From an archaeon (lineage in GTDB: Archaea > Nanobdellota > Nanobdellia > Pacearchaeales > GW2011-AR1), in NCBI GenBank assembly GCA_021107855.1, contig JAIORZ010000006.1, positions 32,480 to 96,479 on the forward strand: a stretch of DNA of 64,000 bases, written 5' to 3'. The notes below the pieces were generated by a model. The model saw only the letters and a program-made list of their open reading frames with translations, did not search any database and was not told the DNA's origin. Positions 28,601 through 37,043 of this stretch are shown here, one piece after another. The position numbers and the translations under genes are program-made. The first letter of the stretch is position 1. Every line of letters begins with the position of its first letter.

Positions 28601-30696
28601 TCTCCGTCGTAAAGTCTCATGGAGCAGGTCCAATTATCTCCGAGGGTTGTGTTCCCGCTTAATAAGACGCTGTTGAAGGAGGTTCCATTAGAATAGGTAT
28701 TATTATAGTCAATTGTCAGATTAAGAGCATCGTTTTTATACCATTTTACTGAAACGTTCAAATCGTCTCCGTCTATGTTGTCTAGGATTTCGAAACAATT
28801 AAGGTCTTGGTCGGCTTCATTTGAACCGTTTGTGGAATTTATGCCTGGTGTTGGTGCTGCTGGAGCTCTGTTACCGATGAATCCTGTGATATTTATTCCG
28901 TCAATCCAGCTCTCCTCTCCGTTCTGGCTGAATTCTGATTCGAATCTTAGGGTCACAGAACTATCAATTGTGCAACTTCCGAATTCGGGATTGCTTAGAT
29001 TAATTGTGTGATACTTCCATGTGTTTTCATTTCCAGTTCCGGAACACTGGGAACTGTCGTCAGCAGGGTCATTATTATCTTCAGGGTAGCAAGACCAAAT
29101 AGTTGTTCCGTCACATTTTACATCGAGTTCTTCTCCCCAGTCAATTGTTGTCTCATAAAAAGCCCAGAAGGAAAGTATAATGTAATCACAGGCGGCTCCT
29201 CCCCCACAAATATTGGATAGGTCGAAGGTTTGTTCTGAATACGACCCGGCGGCGTTATCTTTTATTTCTAAGCTCCAAGAGCCTACCCCGCTACATTCCG
29301 TATCATTACAATAACTTCTATCGGCACTTCTTGCACAATCACTTCCTCCGTCAATCCATCCGTCCCAGGGAGCTGTGGAATCGGCTTCAAATCCTGTGAA
29401 ATGAATTTCGTATGAAGGGTCGATTACATAATCAAAGGACACATTCCCTCCGACAACTTTCAAATCAAAGACGTCTTGGGTCCCATCTAATAAATCTAAA
29501 AATATTTTGTATTTTTTGAATTCTTTGATTATTCCAAAGTCAGCAATTTTAGTATTTCCGTCCTTTTCATAAACTTCAACGCTGGCGTTATTTGGAGAGC
29601 TGGCATAAATGGTAATATCTTTTGAGCTATCTAATAATTTTTCGAATTCGACTCTGAGGTATTCCCCATCGGCTATGGAAATCGTGACTCTGTCTTGCAT
29701 CCATACTTCTTCATAGACGTTGGAAATTATTTCCCTTTTAGAATTTAAATGTATGGCATTAGAGATTAGGATGATTTCAAATGTTTGGGTAGATAGGTGG
29801 GGGGCAATCCATTCGATATAATCAATTAAGGAATCGTTATCTAAATCAAAAGCTTTAAAATTTAAACTTATTTTTCCCTCAACCCAATAAACATTTATCA
29901 AATCTTTATTTTCAAGGAGAAATTTCTCTGAAACATTTGTATAGACTAAAACATTTTCATAATGTAAATCAGAAGAAACTTCTACTTCCTTTTTGTTTTC
30001 TGAGATTATTCTTTCTTTCTTTATTGGCGCTGGAGTTTCGTATTCTATTTTTGCACCTTCTGGTAATTCTGATACAGCAATTGTTTTTTCGTCTTCGCTA
30101 GATATTATGTTTGATACGCTTTCTATTAATGATGTTTTTACTTTGAAATCTAATGATTTGTTATTTGATAATATTGAAATATTTGTAGATGATTTGGGAA
30201 TTTTTATTTGTATATTTTTTCCTGAAGGTATTTCTTCTTCCCATTTTACTGGTTTCCCGACTACTATTTGAGAATAATTTTCTTTTGCTTGTTCGATTTT
30301 ATTTATGTTTACTTCTTTATTTGTTTTTGGGATTTCTTCTGTGTTTTCTTCTGGTGTTTCTATTTTATTCTGTTCGTCTTTTTTTGATTTTACTACTTTG
30401 AAAAATATTTGTCTTGACTCTGTCTCTGATTTTATATCTACTACGTAATCTCCTAAGTAATCTGGTTTGAATAAAAAATAGGGTTTGTTTGATTTGTAGA
30501 GGAGTGTTTGTTCTGGTGTTTGGATTGTTATGGCGTAACTGCCTATTTCGCCTATGTTTATTTTGATTTTTTCCCCTAATTCATAAACTTGTTCTGGCAC
30601 AGCCGAGCTTAGGAATATTAAGAAAATTGGTATTATTGCGGTTAAAATTACTATAAATTTCACCGCTCCTACTTTTGACATACATCTTTTATTCAT
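19690..30696 (-). CDS. giant modular surface adhesin (3668 aa) with C-terminal family B domain
   Basis: Signal peptide, jelly-roll/lectin-like modules, DNRLRE-like module (EDSY...NYG...RSLIKF...RPKL), about ten Cys-paired Ig-like repeats, CARDB-like module (E..E.NN.A), terminal WHLFYG...LADS...DYELRVP...FYMEI. Confidence 0.88.
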   Translation of the reverse strand: MNKRCMSKVGAVKFIVILTAIIPIFLIFLSSAVPEQVYELGEKIKINIGEIGSYAITIQTPEQTLLYKSNKPYFLFKPDYLGDYVVDIKSETESRQIFFKVVKSKKDEQNKIETPEENTEEIPKTNKEVNINKIEQAKENYSQIVVGKPVKWEEEIPSGKNIQIKIPKSSTNISILSNNKSLDFKVKTSLIESVSNIISSEDEKTIAVSELPEGAKIEYETPAPIKKERIISENKKEVEVSSDLHYENVLVYTNVSEKFLLENKDLINVYWVEGKISLNFKAFDLDNDSLIDYIEWIAPHLSTQTFEIILISNAIHLNSKREIISNVYEEVWMQDRVTISIADGEYLRVEFEKLLDSSKDITIYASSPNNASVEVYEKDGNTKIADFGIIKEFKKYKIFLDLLDGTQDVFDLKVVGGNVSFDYVIDPSYEIHFTGFEADSTAPWDGWIDGGSDCARSADRSYCNDTECSGVGSWSLEIKDNAAGSYSEQTFDLSNICGGGAACDYIILSFWAFYETTIDWGEELDVKCDGTTIWSCYPEDNNDPADDSSQCSGTGNENTWKYHTINLSNPEFGSCTIDSSVTLRFESEFSQNGEESWIDGINITGFIGNRAPAAPTPGINSTNGSNEADQDLNCFEILDNIDGDDLNVSVKWYKNDALNLTIDYNNTYSNGTSFNSVLLSGNTTLGDNWTCSMRLYDGEFFSPWANSSELRIQTYLGEPEISLEVLWPTSSNVYVEQYEFFNVTLNLTCTQGNCGTINVTLDPIVETYNDFETGTEGFEHFALNEKEDQWHISTESTHNGSQAWKCGDTGSGNYLIYSDSILVTPTYDLEDGNHTFDFYHYMYVENNGYDGGLLEYRINETGSWKKFDNFISGGYNANYNDYNGGPDLVDGEAIWGDGYIGSSGSFAHVIANISNFTGENVTFRFHFFADDSVTREGWYIDSVNFTTETPSMNKGIIPVGSGSPFYTNASSNPLTSSYLNEGESQIFTFFVNATGELDSKYYFFAFANSTSNLSNSDITDIWNVTISVDQELPNITISYPTSGDINDATPVLDINLTGPASSLWYNIDGGANETLCTNCNGSSDEVLYLREASYTVNVYVRNPMGEENHESVSFTVNMNNNYYDSFNDSSYVYTSDEIEALNGNITLKLSQDTVINEDFTDSQEWSLIGGQWQTISGELRQTQNANDAIAYYNSFTMDNDTDYNFTYDLYSTDNDYSGFVFGYENSSNYYRCQVRQQAPIDAEIVEVSNGGETTISTTSDGTSYSLSTWTEMKLEIKNHTVSCYVDGVLATQATDVYYPEGKVGIYNDLNDEARHDDFAGIITGGRKSGSFTSYSVDLTDDITKFTNITWNEANSNANNSLTIEVSANDGVHWYEATKNSGLTSITTGDDFIYRVFFDIEDLSYLSLLDLNISWSTTINPPPGIHIEGITTPIEQDFTPIINVTLNSSAAALIMSINGGANETICKNCEGSWIFPIILEEGSSQTITFYANNSVGDTSSNSTSFDVDFDKYYYDTFDDNSSIRETNSIIWDGENMTFYASTSESSPVISWDANDQTGDGTWANSGRSTYSYRNILQSSSINTSGDSVRIKFISGTDGSLGINNPTICERSGSTSDCVGGTWTALEFGGATSYIISASSSQYTDWLNLSIDSSKDYLVSFYVDGTNNAISYLSPASTMVYSASGVDYSGNENWSGLSPAAENLMYGVDTMDVRDVISGGTANFTSHVMNASQGINSISYTGWAETGTNATNNITVQISVDNGANWNTITNGGNLTGFTPGSNLLYRVLYSADSAINISLNDLNITWESPPTITILYPETYIYNTQVIEMNYSITHATGVTLDTCWYSLNLGETNTTMTCNQNITGITSVDGNNTWFIYANDTSGALGIKSVEFTVDTSAPNITFINQTNEDGEIVNSTNPLYEGENLTINVNVSDSSTDSVWVIIWEGAIGGVQKAIIFLSNIFGDLWSGIIETDESFNGSYNYTIYANDTTGLEDSYNGTFDILNLILNLNLNPSTTIGEEDIFMTGYLNLSNGTAIPKNAINFWFNGTFIPLENLTNQGSSENALNFTEDEIEILSDYNNVTYSGGEFTLDGTNTSGNFSGILDAGAKVNWDTVVWSTVAKPCSGTISYQDGDSNSYSSTEDSYVTSANQNTNYGTDAFLTVDSSPDTERSLIKFKDITGYGLNKIPYNSTISSANLSLTVYDTGDNPNFYELLQSWNEEEVTYLYRTSDDLWSSAGFASSPSINTTSLGYMSTASTGTKSLGVTSTVQRWTDRTLSNNGFAIHPIGSGNVLFRSREYTTQADRPKLSVSFSSSDCTGVLIYIRTSNDKISWTDWTEISNGENITDDLNISRYLEYKIEMGAFNSTYSPQLQELTFNYTGAFTDSTGFFNYSFNSTSVFGSYDVNVTSGYKTANANAQSTLNVQSGVAPQVNLVSPTNTTWINSSSWNLTYNATDPNGDFTNATLILNGIYNATNASVISSGNNNFTITGLSSGTYNWSVNLSDVSETNQSETWEFYVDLENPEVTLIFPPNNSDHSVGVINLSFKPTDNMDGNLSCDIVLDGSTIHTGVPALNNTETNVSSGAIGGGAHYWNVTCYDESSRSTTSETWRFTITDTPPTVSLVSPEDNYIDTDGTMNFTYLPDDASGMDHCDLLINGAINETNDSINLGVNNFFIISGFAEGYYNWSITCYDLSLTSNATANRTFGVDLNAPSIVLVNPDNESTSSSGIVNFQFNVTDAIDSNLNCSIYVNNSIDSNLSATSGAITSQNSSLLDDGATYWYVNCTDDSGYSGISETRLVTIEEPPTVFLNNSNMTYHQGNSFTIQFTPYDNTDIDFCTAYLNGVANETVSSGISLGSVNNLEIEGLADGRYTYYVNCSDSYGLAAYSEENVMFIDNNAPDIIAYYPLGIDVYTSNVTFEFEAIDEISEFLVCNLTIDSVVVDANFALANATNASRNISGILDGYREWNVTCWDNASNINTTSVFNFTKYTAPGISLISPPNASWVNTSNFNFTYFPQDDQGFSKTELIINNSVYMTNQTIVTSGANNYFEVTLADGKYNWSVNVTDITLMVGESETWEIYVDTTAPQVDFIYPPEGATVGDNNVTFTFNITENLDDSISCNLSVDGDVEFTGELINGTNIVPILLVDGAHNWNTTCVDDAGNYNSSIIYNFTVYAPPKIYLDSPANDILTTNSTINFSYTPVDALGLVNCSIYIDNKLNQTDSGVIKNIINNFTVSGILEGKHNWSVECTDTDSNINMSVYRNFSRDLSPPLIQLNSPPNNTGVDANDVDTDFNWTATDALDTLLTCNLTVDGNVEEDNVLVTSGFSKLESVSGLSIGQHFWNVTCWDTLGNTNTSLTYVFNRTYPDLQINQSQIFFNSTTPTEGETITITATVHNLALINATSVQVEFYSGDPDTTGTQIGSTQTISVSALNFSNASVVWDAEIGATQIFVKVDPADLITENLETNNKANKTITISSWHLFYGDINPDSELKLADSIEAKIVTWNETGLLNSKIYVADYDSNVDWTTLQAIGKKPSGANSTNDIQEIDTILGSTQFPDSLEALYLNAGEINETQNLTIFGKHIPYIPVTTSINSSSFKTGILWDYSDDTDSEYDTTEKEDIIFVTRISKDTAGSYEVTDYELRVPAKLREYHAATQTSVAFYMEIT

Positions 30697-30697
30697 C

Positions 30698-30871
30698 TTA
30701 TAATTTGCCCTCCTTTTCCTTGAGTAATTTGAGAACGGCCATGTTAATAAAGCTTTTAACGGTCGGGTATTCTATTCTTATTTCTTCTTCTTTAAATAAA
30801 TTTTTTACTCTTTTTAGAAGTTTTTCATCAATCTTGACAGTATTTTGAGATTTCTTCTTCTTAGTCACCAT
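30698..30871 (-). CDS. ribbon-helix-helix (CopG-like) regulator, 57 aa
   Basis: Manual translation MVTKKKKSQNTVKIDEKLLKRVKNLF...YPTVKSFINMAVLKLL; ends 1 nt before the adhesin ATG. Not in the ORF track. Confidence 0.8.
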   Translation of the reverse strand: MVTKKKKSQNTVKIDEKLLKRVKNLFKEEEIRIEYPTVKSFINMAVLKLLKEKEGKL

Positions 30872-30889
30872 TGGTGACTATTGGTGACT
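30862..30889. promoter_or_regulatory. palindrome plus extra half-site over the RHH start codon
   Basis: TAGTCACCA-T-TGGTGACTA (30862-30880), then TTGGTGACT (30881-30889); TATA TTTATAAAA at about 30894-30902. Confidence 0.8.
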
Positions 30890-31001
30890 GCCGTTTATAA
30901 AAGTAGTGATTAAGTGGTAAATTATAGATGTATGTTTGATTTTTGTTTACTGGGTTTGTGATTCTTGGGTGGAATTGTTCTTGTAAGAATTTAAGAATAT
31001 A

Positions 31002-32030
31002 CTAATAGGGAATGGATGATTGTTGATTACCGTATTCTGTTAAATTTTTGAATTCATTTTTTGTGTGTTTTCTTTTTCTGATAAAAAATATTGATACCAG
31101 AGTGATTATGAACATGATTAAAAGTAGAAATAATGCGATTATTCCCATGTTTTGAAGTGCTATATTTTTAGTAACTACAAAGTTGCTTTGTGTCAGTGCG
31201 GGCTCTGTTTGCCCTTCATAAGTTAGTTCTATTATCCAAGTGTATTTCCCGACTGGAAGATTAGAAATATTAATTTCTTTGATAAATTCTGTTTGTGTCT
31301 CAATGGAGAGTGTTTCTTTTTCTTCGTAAACTATTTCTTCTGTGGAATTTTTGATTTTGTAACTGAGATTGGCGATGACCTCTCCTGGAATTCCAATATT
31401 TATTAAGCCAATGGACCCAGATAATATTTCGTCGGTATATCTTTTTAATATTTTGAGATTGATGTCAAATAGAACTTTTTTTATATTTCGTCCGATTTTG
31501 CATTTCCTTTCTGTGTCTGGCTTGTCTGTTTCTATTCCGCAACTATTGTTATCTGTGCAAGTTCTTGATTGTTTTTTATTTATACATTTTCCCCAATTAC
31601 TACATTCCCATTCTGGGATACAGGCTATGTTGCTACCGCTACTTCCGCCGCCGCCTCCGTTAGGATTAGAGATAGGGGCTGGGAAAGTGAACACTAAGTT
31701 TCTGTTTTCACTTATATTTACTGATTGGCTTGAGGTTTCTTCTGATGTGGTTGCATTAATTAAATAGTTTGAATAGTATATTGTTTCACTCGAATTAGTT
31801 TGTGTATATTCAGTTAGAGTTTGCCCAATTGTTTTTCCGTGTTCATTTGTTAATATTGAAAATTTCTGCTTTCCTTCTTTGTCCCAAGCGGTTATATTTG
31901 TGTTGGGGGTTGGGGCTCCATTTGTGTAGTTTGTAAATATGTCTAAATACCACATAATGTTTAATGTCCCGTTGGAGCTGCTGGACCAATTTTTTGTTAA
32001 ACTTATGTTTGTAAAATTCCAGTTGCCTTC
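31002..32030 (-). pseudogene. 5'-truncated membrane-anchored surface protein
   Basis: Gly linker, CxPxWxCxxWxxC repeat, Ig-like domain, C-terminal TM. No signal peptide; the frame runs on upstream of ATG 31955 into the opposite gene. Confidence 0.6.
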
Positions 32031-32553
32031 CTTATTAGTAATAACGCCTGTGGAAAAATTGCAGGATGAAATAAATAGAATAGTTAGTTCTTTTGGTGGT
32101 ACTCCTGGAGTTTATGTTTCTCTTAATAAAACGCAGAGGGCTGCTGAGGGGATACTTCAAAAAAATACGATAGATATAAGTAAATTATTTTTTATAGATT
32201 GTGTTTCGGCGGAAAATACAAAAGAAGATGTTTTGCATATTCCGCCTAATAATTTAAATAATTTGGGCTATGCTATTGGTGATTTTATTAAGGAAATTCC
32301 GGGTAGCAAATTTTTAGTTATAGATGCACTTTCAACTCTTCTTATTTATAATCCAGAAAATAAGGTTGCTGCATTTGTTAAGGAATTAACGGAACGTGCG
32401 TCGAAAGAGGGAGTGGAAGTTATTGCGTTGTCTCCTTCGACAAAGGGGGAAAATCTTCTTAATAAGATATTTAATTTTTTTGATGAGGTGAAAAGAGATG
32501 AAAATGAAGAAAAAGAGGTTAAATATGAAGGGAATGAAGAACTTATATATTAG
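32028..32553 (+). CDS. KaiC/RecA-fold small protein without Walker A, probably 5'-truncated
   Basis: PGVYVSLNK, LFFIDC, FLVIDALSTLLIYN. The track's first 30 or so residues are the antisense of the neighbouring gene. Confidence 0.7.
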
Positions 32554-33112
32554 TTTGTTAATATTAACTGTTTTGTTAATAATTGGAATTTTTTATATCC
32601 CTTTTAAATTTCAGGGATTGGCAGTTCAGGATGGTGTGTTTAATTTGGAAGTTGAAATTCCTTCAATATACAAAACGATGGAGCAGGGAGCAGAAATTCA
32701 TTTTACTACTAAGATTCTTAATCTTGCCGGGGAAAAGAGGATGGATATTTCTTTAAGGTATGAAATAGTTGATGAGGATGCCCAAATAGTTGTTTCGAAG
32801 ACTGAAACTATGGCCATTGAAACGCAAGCTTCTTTTGTTGGTAGCTTGGATATCCCTGAAGATGTAACACAAGGAGACTATGAGCTTCTTGTTACACTCT
32901 TGGTAAATAATACTGAAGAAGCGGAAGGCAGGGGCTCATTTAAGATAATGGAACAAGAGGATAAAACTATGTATTATACATATATTATAATAATTTCAAT
33001 AATTTCTTTGGCTTTGATTATTTATCTTGCGTCAAAATCAAAGATTATTTTGGAGAAACTTAGAACTAGAAGTAAAATACATAAGATGATTAAGAAAAAA
33101 TTGGGTAATTAG
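32525..33112 (+). CDS. membrane protein with one extracellular Ig-like domain
   Basis: N- and C-terminal TM helices; ETMAIETQASF resembles ETLSIETQTEF of the 31002 protein. Confidence 0.75.
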   Translation: MKGMKNLYISLLILTVLLIIGIFYIPFKFQGLAVQDGVFNLEVEIPSIYKTMEQGAEIHFTTKILNLAGEKRMDISLRYEIVDEDAQIVVSKTETMAIETQASFVGSLDIPEDVTQGDYELLVTLLVNNTEEAEGRGSFKIMEQEDKTMYYTYIIIISIISLALIIYLASKSKIILEKLRTRSKIHKMIKKKLGN

Positions 33113-33120
33113 TTTAAAAT

Positions 33121-33267
33121 TTAATATAATAATTTTTCTTTTGTTTTTGAAAACTCTTCATATCTTGTGGCAATTTCTGGATTTTTTTGGAAAAATTTTC
33201 TTAAATCAAAAATAATCTCTTGGATACGATCAAGATTTTCTTCCATTTTCTTAATTTGGTCATTCAT
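33121..33267 (-). CDS. small hypothetical helical protein (48 aa)
   Basis: Manual translation MNDQIKKMEENLDRIQEIIFDLRKFFQKNPE...; fills the gap, TATA-like element upstream. Confidence 0.45.
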   Translation of the reverse strand: MNDQIKKMEENLDRIQEIIFDLRKFFQKNPEIATRYEEFSKTKEKLLY

Positions 33268-33373
33268 TTTCTTAAAATAATTATATCGGATACCTTTATA
33301 GCGATTTATGTGATGAATTATATGTTTTGAGACGCAAGGAAAGGCTTATTAATTTTGATGATATTTTTTTGCT

Positions 33374-33730
33374 ATGGATTTGGAAGGGAGTAAATTATTG
33401 GAAGAAGTTTTGCCGGAAGATTACTTGAAGTTGACCGGTGGGGTAATTGTGCGTAGTTTGAGTGAGTTGGTTGAGGCTTTGGAGAAACTGAGTGATGAGG
33501 AGTTTGGGTTGTATGTTTATGGGGAGCATAATGATTTTGCGGAGTGGATTTTGGAGGCTTATTGGGACGATGAGTTGACTGGAAAGATTTTGGGTATTCG
33601 GGATAGGAAGAAAATGGTGAGGTTTTTGAAACGGGTTTTGAAGAGAGCAGAGAGGGAGAGTGTTTTGAGGATTGAGGCGCCGAAAAGTAAAAAGAGTATT
33701 TTGGGAATTTTGAGGGGTGTTGGCATATGA
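33374..33730 (+). CDS. DUF5752-like domain protein
   Basis: L..G..VRSL.EL..AL..LSDE.F..YV....NDFAEWI. Confidence 0.75.
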   Translation: MDLEGSKLLEEVLPEDYLKLTGGVIVRSLSELVEALEKLSDEEFGLYVYGEHNDFAEWILEAYWDDELTGKILGIRDRKKMVRFLKRVLKRAERESVLRIEAPKSKKSILGILRGVGI

Positions 33731-34428
33731 AGGGGCGAGTGATTGGAATTATGTCGTTTAAGGGGGGAGTTGGGAAAAGTGTTTCTGCGATTAATTTGGC
33801 TGCGGGTTTGTGTAAGTTGGGGAAGCGGGTTTTAGTTGTGGATGGAAATTTTTTGTCGCCTAGTTTGCATTTTTATTTGGGGCTGCTTGTGCCGGAGAAG
33901 ACTTTGAAAGAGGTTGTTCGTGGTGAGGTTGGGGTTGATAGCGCGATTTATGAGCATAAGTCTGGGATTCATTTGTTGCCGTGTAATTTTTATAAGAAGA
34001 TTGATTTGGGAAAATTCAAGAAGATTGTTGACAATTTGAGGGGGAGGTATGATTATATTATTATGGATTCGGGTCCGAGTTATACCGACGAGATTATTGC
34101 GATTTTGATGGTTTGTGATGAGTTGATTTTTGTTGCTACGCCGGATTATCCTACGTTGGCTGCGACTGTGAAGGCGGCGAAGATTGCGGAATATAAGGGC
34201 GTTCAGGTTCGTGGGATTATTGTGAATCGGAAGAGGAAAGGCTTGGGTTTGAAGGTTGGGGATATTGAGAAAACGGTTGGGCTTTCTGTTGTTGCTGAGG
34301 TTCCGGAGGATGTAAAGATGATTAAGGCTGTCGAGAAATTTGTGCCGGTTGTTGGGGCGTATCGATGGAGTCGGAGTGCGAAGGTTTTTTTAGATTTGTC
34401 GAAGGAGATTTTGGAATCTGTTGATTAG
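33727..34428 (+). CDS. MinD/ParA-family ATPase
   Basis: Deviant Walker A KGGVGKS, VLVVDGN, YDYIIMDSGP, IVNR. Confidence 0.92.
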   Translation: MKGRVIGIMSFKGGVGKSVSAINLAAGLCKLGKRVLVVDGNFLSPSLHFYLGLLVPEKTLKEVVRGEVGVDSAIYEHKSGIHLLPCNFYKKIDLGKFKKIVDNLRGRYDYIIMDSGPSYTDEIIAILMVCDELIFVATPDYPTLAATVKAAKIAEYKGVQVRGIIVNRKRKGLGLKVGDIEKTVGLSVVAEVPEDVKMIKAVEKFVPVVGAYRWSRSAKVFLDLSKEILESVD

Positions 34429-35477
34429 TCTTCTGTTCTGGATTTTGCTAGAAGGGCTAGGCTTAATGCTGATATTGATATACCTGATACCATTGTAAAA
34501 GTTGCGATTGCGGGGGAGAATCCTAGCGCTTGAACATCTAGATATGCTATCATGAGATTGAATCCTATCATCTCTAATGCTATTTCTTTGATGAATTTGC
34601 CCCCGACGAACATGAGTAATATTGCTATGAGAAATGGTAGAATTATTCCGCCTAATATCCATCCTTGTTTTTGTGAATTGCCGGAGCAGTTTACTTCTGT
34701 GCGAGGGAGGAATCCTGCTTCGTAGACTATTTTGGTGTTTTCGCAGTCTGAAAATTTTGCGACTGTTATGTGTCCGAGTTCGTGGATAGTGACTGTTCCG
34801 ATGAAGATAAAATTTGTGATTATTACTATGAAAATGAGATGTTTTAGGAAATGTAGGACTGGGGATTTTGCTTTTCGTGTAGTATAAGAGCGACGGCTGG
34901 GGATTTTTTGGAGGAATTTTAGAAAAGGTATTGTAAATGTTAGGAATAGGATTACTGAAATAAGAATTAGAATTGGTGTTATATTTTTCCAGAGGATTGC
35001 GAAGATGTAGAGAAGGAGTGAGACTGAGGTGTAGAGGATTATGTATCTTGTGGTGTTTTTGTGGAGACTTATTATTGAGAGGAAAGCTAAGAGGGTGATG
35101 AAAAGGGATGTCGGAATTGCGAAGTGGATTGACATGGGGGCGAAGGATATTAGTAGGATTAAGGATGAAAAGGGAAAGAGAGCGTAAAAGATTTTTTTGT
35201 CTTTTGTGATTTTGTAGAGGATTGTTAAGAGGCAGGCGGTTTGGATTGTTAGTATTATTGAGAAAACTATGAGAAAGTCTGTTGAGTTGAAGATGAAGGA
35301 ATTGGTTGCCCAGAGAAAAAGGACTGTTGCGAATGTGATGTATGTTAGTCCGAGAATTATTAGGGGGATTTCTTTGGAGTTGAAGGATGAGGTTCGGATT
35401 TCTTTTATGAGGAATAAGGATATTACTAGAAATATTGCGAGAGCTATGAAGGAGGATGCGAGGAGCATTATTTCCAT
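34425..35477 (-). CDS. polytopic membrane protein with C-terminal M50-like HExxH peptidase region
   Basis: About 7 N-terminal TM helices, then TIHELGH, GG..P, N.....D. Confidence 0.7.
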   Translation of the reverse strand: MEIMLLASSFIALAIFLVISLFLIKEIRTSSFNSKEIPLIILGLTYITFATVLFLWATNSFIFNSTDFLIVFSIILTIQTACLLTILYKITKDKKIFYALFPFSSLILLISFAPMSIHFAIPTSLFITLLAFLSIISLHKNTTRYIILYTSVSLLLYIFAILWKNITPILILISVILFLTFTIPFLKFLQKIPSRRSYTTRKAKSPVLHFLKHLIFIVIITNFIFIGTVTIHELGHITVAKFSDCENTKIVYEAGFLPRTEVNCSGNSQKQGWILGGIILPFLIAILLMFVGGKFIKEIALEMIGFNLMIAYLDVQALGFSPAIATFTMVSGISISALSLALLAKSRTED

Positions 35478-35520
35478 TGGTGTGGAAAGGTGATACTCTT
35501 TAAAAGTTTGAGTATATAAT

Positions 35521-35546
35521 AAAAAATTGCCCCCCTTTCGGGGAGC
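35521..35546 (-). terminator. GC-rich GAAA-tetraloop hairpin plus T tract after family B gene
   Basis: Minus strand GCTCCCC-GAAA-GGGGGGC-AATTTTTT. Confidence 0.75.
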
Positions 35547-35560
35547 TTGATTTTGTAGGT

Positions 35561-36271
35561 TTATTCTAGTTCTATGTAAAAGAAATAGGTCGTTGTGGAT
35601 GTGTCTCCACTGTGTCCATCTTCTAATACTAGCATTTCGAAGTCATGGCTTGCACTATCGAAACCTAATAGATCCTCTTCTAGCAAAGCTGCAAAAACAG
35701 TATTTGTTCCGTCGTATAATAGTACTTCGTCGAAATTGCCGGCTACACTTGCTCCGGTGCTGTCGAAAATTTGTGTACTCATACATTCATCGGCAGTGAA
35801 GCTTGTGCTTCCAACTACGAATGCGTCATGTGTTTTTGAGTCACTAAAAGTCTCATTAATACCATCAATCGAGTCGTTGATATTATAAGTAGTTTCTAAT
35901 GCTGTTCCATCAGCTGTCCAATTGAAGCATTCTATGCTTGCCCATGTTGGAGATGCTATTGAGGCGAAAACTTCTCCGCTTGGAGATGCTAAAGACCAGT
36001 TATACATTGGGTTTCCCGATGCGTCTGCTAGTCGGATTGCTCCTGAAACATTACCGAAGTAACCTTGCCAAGACTGGGTAATTGAACTACCTGAAATTGT
36101 CAGCTCTGTTACGTTTCCTGCATATGCTGAGTGGTTTGCTGCAGTGTCTGCGGGGGCTCTTGTGCTTGCTCCCGGGGTAACTGTTCCTGCTCCGTTTGGG
36201 TCTGCGAGAACTAATCCGAAACTTAAAACTAGTAATATCGTCACTAATATAAAAGAGTGTATTTTATTCAT
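35561..36271 (-). CDS. secreted subunit, family B (candidate major subunit)
   Basis: Same motifs as 18277, ends FFYIELE; strong SD AAGGAGGT. Confidence 0.9.
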   Translation of the reverse strand: MNKIHSFILVTILLVLSFGLVLADPNGAGTVTPGASTRAPADTAANHSAYAGNVTELTISGSSITQSWQGYFGNVSGAIRLADASGNPMYNWSLASPSGEVFASIASPTWASIECFNWTADGTALETTYNINDSIDGINETFSDSKTHDAFVVGSTSFTADECMSTQIFDSTGASVAGNFDEVLLYDGTNTVFAALLEEDLLGFDSASHDFEMLVLEDGHSGDTSTTTYFFYIELE

Positions 36272-36896
36272 TTTTATCTAAACCTCCTTTCAAATTAATG
36301 TCGTCGTTCGCAATTTCTTGCGAGACGTATATCGAGAATAAGTGCTCGGAATCTAACTTTTCCAATGGAGCGGAAGAAGGTATTACTTCAAGCGAGATCT
36401 TCTTCTCTAAATTTTTTTGTATCTCATTTATTTTATGAGCGGTAGATTTGTCTTTTGATGTGATGTAAACTTTTGGTGTTGATAATTTTGTGTAGACTGA
36501 TATTGATGAAATGTTTTCTAGGTGGTTTTGTATTTGCCAGAATAGTTTTTGTAGGACGATTTGGATTTTTGTGTTTTCGAGGCACCATATATTAACGATG
36601 ACTTTGTTTTCTTCTGATAGGGGAATTAATTTTTTATCTGGGGAATTTTTTGCTAGAGGGATTAGGTATAGCGATTCTTCTGAGATTGAAAAGAGGCTTC
36701 TGGGTTTTCCTTTTTCGAATGCTCCGGTTTTTTGTTTTTTTACTAAGCCCGCTGCTTCGAGTAATTTTAGTTGTTGACTTACGAAAGATGTTGTTGTTTG
36801 TAGTTTTTGTGCGATTTCCATTGGAGAAGATGGCCTACTAATGATTATCCTTAGCATGTCCCACCTAGGTGACGAAAGAAAAGAATCAAGCTCCAT
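36264..36896 (-). CDS. ArsR-like wHTH regulator with C-terminal extension
   Basis: SPMEIAQKLQTTTSFVSQQLKLLEAAGLV...GKPR. Confidence 0.85.
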   Translation of the reverse strand: MELDSFLSSPRWDMLRIIISRPSSPMEIAQKLQTTTSFVSQQLKLLEAAGLVKKQKTGAFEKGKPRSLFSISEESLYLIPLAKNSPDKKLIPLSEENKVIVNIWCLENTKIQIVLQKLFWQIQNHLENISSISVYTKLSTPKVYITSKDKSTAHKINEIQKNLEKKISLEVIPSSAPLEKLDSEHLFSIYVSQEIANDDINLKGGLDKNE

Positions 36897-37043
36897 GGGA
36901 AGCTAAACCCACAAAAGCTATTTAAATGTTTTGTTAAATAGGATAATTAGTAATTTGGTTTAAGTGATTTATGAGCTTTTTTTACTTATTATGCAATTTA
37001 ACTAATTACTTAATTAGAAGTGCGAAAAAAAATGTTTTTGGGC

